Source: Girardia tigrina (taxonomy: Eukaryota). From it: a stretch of 48,675 bases of DNA. This document shows positions 9,671 through 21,179 of this stretch, in pieces. A program made the translations under genes and the position numbers. The stretch covers positions 1-48,675 of the forward strand of contig MQRK01254947.1 in assembly GCA_001938485.1 (NCBI GenBank), read 5' to 3'. The notes under the pieces were generated by a model, which ran no database searches, had not been told where the DNA came from, and worked only from the letters and a program-made list of their open reading frames with translations. Numbering within the stretch: the first letter of the stretch is position 1; each line of letters begins with the position of its first letter.

Positions 9671-11632
9671 TTATTTCGCCGGTAATCCATGTAATGTTAA
9701 GTTATATTTGGAAATGATTTCTTGTGGAATTAGTTTCTCAAAATTTTGAAAGAAGGTACGATAGACAGAAATGATTGTCGCCTCCGAGACTCCGATAATA
9801 TCACTGATTTCTGTTTGAAGAAAGTTTAAAGATTTTACAACAATCAAATAATAACTTACGTTTCTTGGAAACATTTTCCTTCAGTAAGAGACTGGCCATG
9901 TAAATTGATGCACCGATGATCGAATGAGAAGTTTTACTAATCAACTTTTCTACTGATTTCGCAAGTACTCTGGCCAAAATTTCAACTTGTTTGTTTTTTA
10001 TTGACAATTGATAGCAAAATCGGCCCATTTGTTCAAACACATTCAGTGGTTTGGTTCCTAATTTCAATGCATTGATTATCTTCTTTGTCATTTTCCCAAT
10101 ATGCCTCAATGAACAATTCGACACAGTACAAATCTCTGAATGGTTTAAGTTAAATCTCCAGGTTTCATATCAGAAATCAAAAACTATTAATTATCAAACT
10201 CAAATATTTTATATTTGGTTTTATTAAAATTATTTCAGGTTGCTAACAATAAAGAACAAAATCCTAATGAACAGAAAATTGTTTGTAGAAAGGTCATATA
10301 ATATCCTTCAAAATATTTAAAAGGATATCGATTTTATATTACTATTTATATTTATTAGGTCTTTTATAATTAAAATAAGTAGTTATACTAGGGTAACCAT
10401 ACGTCCGCAGTTTCCCGAACACATCCGGGTTTGTATGTTCATTTCATAAAATTTTCATCTAATTTTTAATTATTATCCGATAAATTTCATGTTAACTGTA
10501 AAAATATGTCAAATTAAACGGTATTATTGAAAGAAGCCGTAAATTTACGACGAGAATCACGTATTAGTATTAATATTTGAACATTGTCGTTTAATTAAAC
10601 ATTTGAAATTCAAATTCTGTATAATGATAATTTAGAAAAACGTCTTTCAGCTTAATCTTTTGTCATCCCCAAAATATACAACTTTTTAATGTATAAAGTA
10701 GGATACAAATTATTACATACAACTCTATTTTTAATGTTTTTCTTTTATAAATATTTTATTAAAATGAATATCTTTCTGATATTTTTATAAGAAATATTTT
10801 TTATAATAATATTTTTTTAAGGTTGGGAGTATATTGAGTTAAACGATATGTCTCTTGGTATAGAATGACGATAATGTATTTTCGGTTCCAGTGATTTAAA
10901 ATGTGTTATTACCAAATATTTTTTACTATTTAGAAGTACAATCGGTCAAATTTAAAAAGAAAGTTATTAACGAATCATCTTTACAATTTAAGTATACCTT
11001 TCAAGGTCCGAGTAACATCATAATTCCTGCAAGCGATGTATATACAAGCACAAGCGATTTGTTCCTTGTTTAGTCTTGTAAATCCTCCCATTTCAGTTAG
11101 TTTCTTTACTATTGACAATGCGTCTTTCTAAAAATTTATTATTAATAATTAAGTTATAGACCTATACAAACCTGTGTGCTTAAATCAATTTTTAAACGGA
11201 CCCCGAGTGTTAGAATGTGAGTTCTGTATTGTTTAATCATTCTTTCAGCAGAAGATTCTGAAGTTCGACTTTTATATTTCGGATTTCCATTTTCGTCGAA
11301 ATATCTCGAATCATAATAATGTTGAATTGTTATAGATGTTGTCGGATCTAAATCGTTGCTATCTTCAACAGCTGCGACCCTAGAATTGTCGACCCCATCA
11401 TCATTTGCAAAAGACCGCCATTCAGCATCAAAATAGATGACTCTAAATAATATTAAGTCAACTACACCTTAACAAACTTTTTACCGTTCTGCAACAATTA
11501 AACCACACTTAGGACATATTAAATTCCCAGCTTTATAATCTTCAATTAAAGTAGCACCAGGATGATATTTGCAATGGACTCTACTAAAGAGTTTTTTAAT
11601 AATTAAAATATTATACCAACACTCTTTTCCAT
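9671..11632 (-). CDS. GTF2B: Transcription initiation factor IIB-like protein (divergent), 6 exons, ~308 aa
   Basis: Exons 11632-11617 (tentative), 11578-11485, 11442-11172, 11127-10998, 10135-9860, 9810-9671 join in frame through GT-AG introns (38, 42, 44, 862, 49 nt). Zn ribbon CKYH...CPKC, B-reader [20 protein letters not shown], cyclin repeats [17 protein letters not shown] and [21 protein letters not shown]. Exon 1 needs a weak GAG acceptor, so the start is uncertain. Confidence 0.9.
10389..10430 (+). mobile_element. hAT-type terminal remnant within TFIIB intron 4
   Basis: TAGGGTAACCATACGTCC resembles hAT TIRs. No partner TIR found. Confidence 0.4.
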
Positions 11633-12670
11633 TAGCTTACCTTATTTGTTTATTGTTATTTGGTTTTAAATTAACTTATTTAGATATTTAAACTAATTAA
11701 CTTTTTGTTATTTAAAAATGAATGTATTTTTAAGAATTTCTTCAATCATCTTCGAAATAAATTAGGTAAATTAAAAAAACATGTTCAATAAATTATCAAA
11801 TTTTTAATTTTAATTTACATAAAGTAATTTTATTTTAAAGTATTTCGTTTCGAAAATATTACAAATAAAACATAGCTTTAATATAATTAATAATAATTTT
11901 TAATGACTTATTTTGTTTTAATCTTTAATTATATTTATGTTTTTTGTGATTTTATTATGTTTAAAAAAACATTTCCAAAGAAATTATTGAAGCAGTAAAA
12001 AGCTTTAAATTTATCAATATTATTAATAGAAAATAATTAAAATGAAATATTATTTTTTTAATTTTTATATATTTTCTAGTTTAAATAATCAAATCATTAA
12101 AAAATAAGAGGTAAAAATTAAGTTTTAAATTTTCAAAAATACAAATTATTTTTGATTTAATTTAATAAGGGGGTGTTTTTCAATCGACCCTGAAAAGGAA
12201 AGACTAAATAAGTTGACCTAATAAATATATTAATTTAATACTTTTCACAACGATATTTATTTATTAAAATAATCATGGAATTGATAATTAAAGTTACAAA
12301 TTCGAAACTAAAAGAAATGTACAAAAAGTATATAAAATTAAAAACAATTTTCTTCTTAAAAAATCTAAATGAAAATCGACATTATATTTTATTAAATGAG
12401 TTATAATATATATAACTTTACTAAATAAAATCCTATTAAAATAATATTCAGAAATATTTCTTCTTGAATCTTTTTTCGATGTCACGATAAGCTAAATGTA
12501 AAATTAATTTACATATAAAAAATAAAATTTTATAACTTATTTTATTTTTGAAACCTTCATGTTCTTTTCGATAGTTAAGTTTAATCAATAATTACATTAA
12601 AACTAGTTATGGTTGCTGAAAAATGTATCATAAATGAAATTCTTAAGCTTTAAAATAATTTTTTAACGAT

Positions 12671-12705
12671 AATATATTTCGACGAATCAACCGCCATCGG
12701 CACTG
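12671..12705 (-). ncRNA. Degenerate hammerhead-like copy (relatives on + at ~15205-15244 and ~15690-15730)
   Basis: Retains GAUGGCGG..UCGAAAUAUAUU, but the CUGANGA core is mutated. Confidence 0.4.
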
Positions 12706-13039
12706 GTTAATTTATTGATTAATGATTAATTAATTACTAAATACTTTAATTTGATTAAAATTAAATTAGTATAATAAATTAGTTTTAGAAAAATATTTCA
12801 AGTAGCTTAAAAATTTATTATCATTAAAATGCAACAGAAAATTTTATATAATTCTTATTCTTCTACTTAATTTTTTTTTAATTTAATTGATTGTTAAATA
12901 TTGTTAATAAAACTGTCTTTATTAATAATAAATTTAATGGCGATTTTATATCTTTTATGAAATTCGTTAAGTTAAAATAAAAAAAATATTTTAAAGATAA
13001 ATTTAAAAAATAATTGCAATTTTTACAATTTTTTATTAA

Positions 13040-13078
13040 CGCAATATATTTCGACGGAATATCCGTCATCATCAGGCG
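13040..13078 (-). ncRNA. Minimal type I hammerhead ribozyme (Penelope-like element type)
   Basis: CGC-CUGAUGA-U-GACGGA(UAU)UCCGUC-GAAA-UAUA-UU-GCG: stem I, intact core, 6-bp stem II, palindromic stem III loop; AATAAA follows. Confidence 0.8.
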
Positions 13079-14035
13079 ATTCTGATTGTAGCTGTTAAGT
13101 TTATATATGTTAAAATGTTGATTATGTAGTCAATTGTGTAATTACTGTTTCACACAAAAACTTTCTATAAAGTTGATGAGTTAGATTGATTGGACATTAA
13201 TTGCTGGATTGTCCGCTTTAATTATTAATGCCTCACACGAGACTCTTTCATTGGGAAGTTATATTTTAAAATGACGACTTTTAAATTTTAATATTTTAAA
13301 GATTTATGATTCACAAAAAATGATAACAATTTATTCAATTTTATGAAATTCGGATTTTTTTCATTGATTTTTATACTTTAATTTATTTCATTCAAAACAT
13401 ATTACAAGAAATTATTGTTATGAAAATATATTTAGGAGTTTTAAATTAAATTAATAATAAATTAAAGAAACTAAATAAGATTTTAAATAAATTATTAATT
13501 AAGATGATTTTTTTACAAATTTAATTTCATGAATTTCTATTAAAGATATTTTCTATATAATATGTCTAGAAACAAAATAAATTTCTTTAAAATCATTTAA
13601 ATATTTTCACAGGGTATAAATATTAATATAATTAACAAAATGCTTTATTTTTAATTAAATTGCGAAATAAAAGTGTTCATAAATTGAACCAAAACTTTTA
13701 AGTCACAGTAACATAGAAGGTCAGGGTCAAAAATCCTGTTATAAAAATCTGAAGTTTTTATAATCACGGAATTTACATTAGATTTTCAAAAATTCGGTTG
13801 AAAAAGAAATTAAATGATGTCAAAAGATTAAAATATTAATAATTCTTCCTTTTTCTCTCTTTAAATTTGACATCAAATATATTACAGCATCTTTGATGTT
13901 ACAATTTCTTTATAAATATTAAAATAATTTAAGAAGCATAACAATACACATAATAAAATTAATTAAAAACTTTAATATAAATAAAATAAAGTATTTTAAA
14001 TAATTAAACTTGAATAATATATTAATCTGTAAAAC

Positions 14036-14037
<2 letters not shown>

Positions 14038-14076
<39 letters not shown>
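14038..14076. repeat. (AT)n microsatellite (others near 15340, 15826, 23018, 24387, 24803, 24864)
   Basis: Direct reading. Confidence 0.95.
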
Positions 14077-14078
<2 letters not shown>

Positions 14079-14145
14079 CGCGTAGACTTTGTATCTTAAA
14101 AGATGAAAGAATGATCTTTAAACTAAGCTGTTGGAATATCCATTG

Positions 14146-14568
14146 CGGGCGAGTAGCCAGGGGAGGTGATTGGGTGGATTTCCACCCCCCTGATAAAATG
14201 CTTTAAAAATTGTTTAAAAAAATTATTACGAAAAACAAGACTTAGAGGAACGGGACCTCTCGTTTTTCCCCCAATTAAAATCCAATTGGGCGTTCCCATT
14301 TTAATCCACGTTTTCGGCCTTACTGGCGATGCTGAAAACAAAGATTAATATAGAAACCCTTGATTGGATTTTAATCGGGGAGAAAAAAGGAGGTCCGAGG
14401 AACGTTTAAGGAGCTTAAGGATCGTTTAAGTTTAGAGAGTTAAAATCGGGAGACAACCCCTCCCCTGAAAAAATTAAAACATAATTAGCCACCCCAATTA
14501 TATTTAAGATTGCTAGATCTTTCAGGAATTTTTTTCCACCCCCCTCTGAAATCCTGACTACGCCGCTG
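14146..14568. mobile_element. hAT-family MITE (423 bp)
   Basis: 8-bp TSD ATCCATTG at 14138-14145 and 14569-14576. Imperfect TIRs (..GTAGCCAGG / CCTGACTAC..CTG) and an internal inverted repeat. Confidence 0.85.
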
Positions 14569-14923
14569 ATCCATTGTATCATATTTTTTTATAATGCTTA
14601 AAGAAACGATCCTTTTTTGTTGTCAATATTTTACAATTATTTAAAAAAACATTTTATTCCTTTTGATTTAAAATTTTGATTTTATTAAATCTTTAAAAAA
14701 CCCGAGTTAAATAAGAGTATTTCGACAGGGGTTGGCTCGACGAAGTCTAATGATCAAATGTTATTAGATTTTGCGATGATCAACAATGATAAACAGAAGT
14801 TGTAAAAAGATTCTTTAAAATAATATTTATCAAAAGCTTTATACGTTATTTATCTTTCAGATCAATTTGTTTTTTTTTTGTTATTAACTTTTCTTTAAAG
14901 TGTCTTTCTTATCAATATATATT

Positions 14924-15821
14924 ATATTATAGTTTTATTTATAGAAAACAGAATCTATCTCTTTTACAGATTTTTTCAAATTTTCTTTATTTTATATGTT
15001 TTTGTATCTTTTATGTTCGATTTCTCAATAAATGATTCTTTTATTTTTATTTATTTAATTTTTTATTTACTAACTTATATATTTATTTGTGTTTGAAAAT
15101 AAGCGTTTCTTTATTTATTTATTAAAAAGTATTAATAAGCTAAGATAATTGTTAAATCAGAATTTTTATAATAAGGCTTTAATAATTAGTAAATCAATAA
15201 ATCAGTCAATGCTGATGGCGGTCGATCCTTCGAAATATATTGTCATGTTGCTTTTTGATTTCATATGAAGAAAACGATTTTATTAATATTTAATATATTA
15301 AAATGATATTGTATCAATTATTAAAAATTTAAATAATACATATATATATATATATATATNNNNNNNNNNNNNNNNNNNNNNNNNNNNNNNNNNNNNNNNN
15401 NNNNNNNNNATATTATAGTTTTATTTATAGAAAACAGAATCTATCTCTTTTACAGATTTTTTCAAATTTTCTTTATTTTATATGTTTTTGTATCTTTTAT
15501 GTTCGATTTCTCAATAAATGATTCTTTTCTTTTTATTTATTTAATTTTTTATTTACTAACTTATATATTTATTTGTGTTTGAAAATAAGCGTTTCTTTAT
15601 TTATTTATTAAAAAGTATTATTAAGCTAAGATAATTGTTAAATCAGAATTTTTATAATAAGGCTTTAATAATTAGTAAATCAATAAGTCAGTCAATGCTG
15701 ATGGCGGTCGATCCTTCGAAATATATTGTCATGTTGCTTTTTGATTTCATATGAAGAAAACGATTTTATTAATATTTTATATATTAAAATGATATTGTAT
15801 CAATTATTAAAAATTTAAATA

Positions 15822-15845
<24 letters not shown>
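14924..15845 (+). repeat. ~435-bp direct duplication across an N gap (probable haplotype overlap)
   Basis: 14924-15359 recurs at 15410-15845 with about four substitutions; both copies end in (AT)n. Confidence 0.8.
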
Positions 15846-15863
<18 letters not shown>

Positions 15864-16785
15864 AAACATTATTTTTAATTTTATTCACCGTTTGTACCTT
15901 TTTTTATTTCGAATTCGTATATTTAATTTCCCATCTTTTATACGCAAAGGGGTATTGATGGCCATTTAATAACAAAAATATTTTTAACTTATACTAAAAA
16001 GTATTATATTCAATGAAATTTAAATTTAAAAATGTACATTTACATCTTATTATATTTCATTATATAATTTACAGTCTATTTAATGATATAATTTATTAAA
16101 TTAAAATATATATTTCAAATTTTAATAATTTTATTAAATTAATGTCCAAATTTTGTCTCTTGTTTTACAGAATTTCATGATTTTTATTTAATACTTCATT
16201 TTGATTAATTTCTTTTATTTAAAAAATTTTTACTGCCTCATAAATTGATTTTGAAGAAATGTTTGAGAGAATTTTATTGAAAATGTTATAAATGTTACAA
16301 AAAATTAAAATATCACGAAATAAATATTAATATATGTGTAAAGATTGAAATAAAAGAATGTCGTTAATATTTCTGATCATAAAATATATTTTTAAATGAC
16401 TTTCTTTCATTTTGATATTAAAAAATGTCATTATTATTTATATTTATAAAAATATTTGATAGGAAAATTCCGAGAAGACGCAGTGAAGTATTTAGTTTGT
16501 GAAATCCTATAAAGCTGATGATGGAGTCGGCAAACCTTGGGTCGGATCATTTGAAGATTGCAACAACTTAAGAATCCAACTTTAGAATCTCTTGAGAAAT
16601 TTACATTTAACCTGAATGTTTAAATTTGGATTCATAGTTGTAGCCAGAAGAAATTGATGGTACTGGCCCCAAGATTAATTATATTTTATGAAATAACATA
16701 ATATATAAGGGATATAATAAATTGTAATCTATTCATGCAGAAAAATATTTTTTAAAAAAAACATGACTTTAAAATAAAAATATTT

Positions 16786-16963
16786 TTAAACAAAAATAAC
16801 ACCATTTTAATTTTAAATTTTTATTCGAAAACATGTTTCGCCACTTTTGTGGCATCTTCAGTTCTGTATTTAATTAGAAAGTTATTGTTTATATAGAAAA
16901 GAAAGTGGCGAAACATGTTTTCGAATAAAAATTTAAAATTAAAATGGTGTTATTTTTGTTTAA
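16786..16963. repeat. 62-bp inverted repeat of a Penelope-like pseudo-LTR end
   Basis: Arms 16786-16847 and 16902-16963. The left arm overlaps a hammerhead; the right arm holds only its 3' half. Confidence 0.75.
16827..16864 (-). ncRNA. Minimal type I hammerhead ribozyme
   Basis: GAA-CUGAAGA-U-GCCAC(AAAA)GUGGC-GAAA-CAUG-UU-UUC; AATAAA follows. Confidence 0.8.
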
Positions 16964-17721
16964 TGACGAAATTGCCATTTGATTTAAAGAAACTTAAAAA
17001 TATTTTTATATAATATTTATTAGCATTCAGACAGAACTAATGTCGATAAATGCATAAATGAATGAAGTTAACGTATAAAGCTCAACCATAGTTTGCTCTA
17101 AGTGCATTTTTCTCCAAAAGACGAATCTCGGTCTACATTTTAACATTTTTTTTTCTAAAAATGTGTTTCTGGTACATAATTTATTTATAATTTTACTTGC
17201 CTAATTTTAAATTGCCCAAAATATCAATTCCAAAACCAAAAATATTCCAAACTACTCCGAAAAAAACAGTTTTAAAAAACAATCCTGTCACTATATCCCA
17301 TATAACATCAGAAGACCATTTATAAATCGTTCGTTCTGGATGTGGAGACCTCGAGGCGTTGAACCGTGGATTAGTTTTTTTAAAATGGTTTTAATATTTA
17401 AGACAGTTGTATTAAAAAAATCAATATCCGTACGGATGTACGATTTCAATATTGAAAATAAAATAGAAATTGATAAATGTACGTAAATATACTTGTTATT
17501 TCGTTTACTAAACTCTCGTAAAACAAAAACACTTTCTAAATATTATACGTGTTATTGTAAATGAAGATATTTTATTAATACAAATATATAATTTTCTAAT
17601 TGATAAGAGAAAATTAGAAACGACACAAATAAGTTTTCAAAAACTGTGTACCTCAGATTATTTTTACGTTGTTTCATAACGATAACTTTGACACAAATAA
17701 TATATAATTTAGTTCATTGTT

Positions 17722-20045
17722 AACACTATATTCGCCCCCTTCCGACAGGCTGCACCTCCCAAACACCACGAGCTGGATTATCCGATTTGACCCGCTCATA
17801 TAACTGCTTTACGATCTCGGACACGTGTGGTTCCACTGGGTCGTTCTTAGTCAGTATCGCTGGCAAGCCGTTTAACAACACTGCATGCTGGTCGCAACCA
17901 TCCGCACACCGGATAGTGGTCCTTTAATCTTCCAGTCCACGCGAAAAGGATACACCGTGTAAGGCGCTCCGGTAGTTCCGGGATACTCCTGTCCTAACCC
18001 AACTGCAACTGTCCTTCCGCTCCCATTTTATTGCCAACCCCAAGACGCGACCACAGTCAATGGCTACTGGGGGCTTTGCTTAGAGCCCATATTTCTTCTG
18101 TACAGACAAGAGATGCTATACCCAGACGTTCACGGTGTTTACCACGATGTCATCATGGTATGCATCAGCGTTGGCTTGCACCAATGGGTCATATCTCAAT
18201 ACATGCATAAGGACTTTCTGCATGATTTTTGGTGCAATACTTAACCCGAACCCGAGTTGAGTTAAGTACCACGATCGGCCCTCATGATGTACCACTTGAT
18301 ATACCTACAATGATTGATCCACCTTGATCTGCAGGTAGGGACACCGTAAGTCGACTTTTGCAATTTTGTGTCCCATTGCGGCGCGAATTCCATAGTTTCT
18401 CTGTGCACACTAGACTCCCTATGGTGTGACTGGAGATTGAATCATTCAAGTTCCGGTAGTCGTGAACCGGCCGGACCTTCTCCTTCACTTTAGCATGACC
18501 GTCATTAAGGGCAATGACGGTCGTCGTTGACTCTCGCATTCCACTATCCACCCATTTGATTTCCACTCTTTTAACTCCATATTTACTTCGACTTGATGCT
18601 CTTTGGCCGATGAATATTCTGCCACGCTGTTCTGCACTGGAGGTTCTCGCCCTTTCTTCCAGTGCCAGCGCACCGTCCAGAATTGACGGTCGAAATATGC
18701 GCTAAAATCGGTGTCCGAAATCTGAATTGTTGCCCTCTGCCTTGTGGCATCTCATACTTTGAGTCAACCGTCACCACTCCGACGGGTGACGACTGTACTG
18801 CACACAGTCGGATTCTTCCTGTCGATCTCTTCCAAGCCTGGCTTCTGATTGGGGCCAGTTGATCCACCCGGACCGAATGTTGGTTCCGCTCCGCTTTTCC
18901 CGACGTGGGTACCTCCAAACATGGAAATCATGTCCATTCCCAGCAACATATCCGTGCCTATTCCACTCAGGTTTCGGGCGAGCAGAACCCAACACCGCAT
19001 CTGGCGTCCGGACACGCTGACGTCCAGCCAGGCACCGAATTTAATCACCGTCGGACCGAGCACTGTTTGAAGCTTCTCGGATTCTCGTTCCGCGTGATTC
19101 TCGGGAACCAACCTCTGGTCGATCATAGACACCGAGCACCCAGTATCCACCAGTGCTCTCACAGCTCGCTCCTCGACTCGGACTTCGACTGTGAGCAGAT
19201 CCACGACATAACTCGCAGACACCCCACCCGCGCAACGGTGAGGGCCTGCTAGTCTTTTCCTAGACGTTGCTGGCGGTGTGGGCATTCAGCACAAAGGTGG
19301 TGTGCTGAATCACAAATGAAGCAATGCCTCTGCTTACCCTTGATAGTGGATTTATCCCATTCTTCGTCCTCCTTTCGGCTCCGCTGCCCGTGGCCACAAC
19401 GGTTGTAGTTCGAGTGATGCGCTCGATTTCCGGCATTTTTGTATTTTGTCGCTGCCGCTGTCACGTTTGCCGGTTCACTGTTCCCCGGTCCTTTATCATC
19501 GGCAGCCAACGATGGCGCCATTGTCGTCGTGTCACTTATCCACCGCTTGCTGATGCGGAGCAGCGCGCGTGCCATCGATATTATTTCATCAAGCGGAAAT
19601 TCTTTCCTTATCGCTTCTGCCGATAAGGTTAACCGCACATAAAGGCCTGTCTCAGAAAAAAATTCCTGCGGTTATTGCCCGTGACTAACCGTTGTCGCGA
19701 GCCGTCGCAGATAAGATGCGAATTCTTCAACTGCTTCGCCTGGTCGAAGATATCTCGAATGGAATTTTGCAGACACATCCCTCGGGTCAGGACCATAGGC
19801 GCTCAGCAGCGCTTCTTTTACCGCCTAGTAGCACCCCTGCTTTCCGCTAGGTAACCCGGAAAACAATTCAAACGCTCGACCCTCGAGCAGTATTGGCAGA
19901 GCAACCGCCTTTTCAATGTCGCAAAAGGCTGCCGTCACCTCAAATTTGCGACACCATTCTGCGAAATTTCCGGATCCATCGAATAACCGGACTTCATCTG
20001 TGAATCTTATTTTGTTCATCAGCCACGATAGCTTGACGAAGACCT
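17722..20045 (-). mobile_element. GC-rich Ty3/gypsy internal fragment C (gag, CCHC knuckle, protease, RT, connection), no LTRs
   Basis: Gag FDGSGNFAEW..LLEGRAF; CFICDSAHHLCAEC; ALVDTGCS; RPVHDYRNLN; LGFGLSIAPKIM; YHDD; HYPVCGWLRPACS. Truncated at the start of RNase H. Confidence 0.9.
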
Positions 20046-21179
20046 GAATAGAAATATATTTTAAAATAAACTAACATTACAGCAATTATTAATTTAAACA
20101 AACGGATTTATTAATAATTTAATAAATCCATATAAAATCACACCACAGTAATTAATTTTGTTTTCTTTTCCGAATCAATATTGTTCTATTAACATTGTTT
20201 ATTCAAATGTTTCATGAACTTATTTGATGTGTGTGTGCATGTATTAGATAGGGAAGAAACTTAGACCTTTTAACGGAAGGAAGTGTCGAAGAAGACATCC
20301 ATAATCTAAAATTTGTTTTGACAAATATAAACTCACTAATGAAGAAAATTTATAAATGTGACTTATCAAAATAAGGTTATCCTATCTTTTTCTTTTTTAT
20401 TTCCACTTATAACATTATGAAGTCCGGTATTTGATTGGTTTACTGGATGTATATTTTTATTAAGTAAAGGCGACTTGATTTAAAGGAGACACGGTGTCTT
20501 GATTTTTTATCAAAGAATCTACTTTACTTTGGCAAATTAAATCTTATTTAAATCTTATTTCCAACAAATTACTATCAGTTTTTATTTGATTATAGGGAAA
20601 CGATAATCTTTTATTGTCGCATACTTGTCACTGGATCAAGATAATACTGGCCACCCAATGTCCTGCTGTTGATTATTCTTTCCAGGTTTATTCATACTCC
20701 CTGACTGAAGTGTGTCCGATGTGGATTTCTCTGTTTTTTTGGTATATTTTCAATTTTTCTAATGTCATTATATTTATAATATTAAATATTCTTCTTGGAC
20801 CATCTTTTTCAATTTATTTTTGCGTTGCCGTATTCAAACATTTATAACCCAGTATTAAAGCCAGACTTCACAACAATGATCTGGTAGTATATATCCGACT
20901 AAGCTCTGTTGTTTAATTCCAGTAATTATGTTAGTGTTGAAGCTGTCCGGCGACAGGTTATAACATTGTATTGTAATAAAACTTGCATTTTTGTGCACCA
21001 CATCAGTAGTTTACCATATTTGTCTAATACACGAATATTGATGATATCCCCAGATTCTGATGCCGTTTCCAATTTCCGCTTATTTATATTATATAATTAT
21101 ATAAAACTTGAATTATTTTTATAAAAAATTATTTCTCTTTACAAAATAATATTATTTAACCATTAAACCGTATCATGAG

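Noticed and set aside
11578-11586. Spliced-leader AUG supplying the TFIIB start codon
   Set aside because: None of the three AG acceptors is in phase 0 with the reading frame.
14924-15845. Tandem duplications at 14924/15410 and 39602/40172 as real repeats or a duplicated gene
   Set aside because: Both straddle 50-N gaps with near or full identity; most simply assembly overlaps.
16515-16540. CTGATGA possible hammerhead core
   Set aside because: No stem II and no GAAA. The same applies to CTGATGA near 24489.
17731-17743. Apparent polypurine tract GGAAGGGGGCGAA at the end of element C
   Set aside because: It lies in frame in pol (VGRGRI, then a decayed W-C) just before RNase H; no LTR follows.
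18485-19642. Many overlapping alternative-frame and antisense ORFs in element C
   Set aside because: Expected from stop-codon scarcity in GC-rich retroelement sequence.
20610-21080. Decayed coding-like segment on the minus strand, faintly MULE-like
   Set aside because: Stops in all frames and no diagnostic motif.
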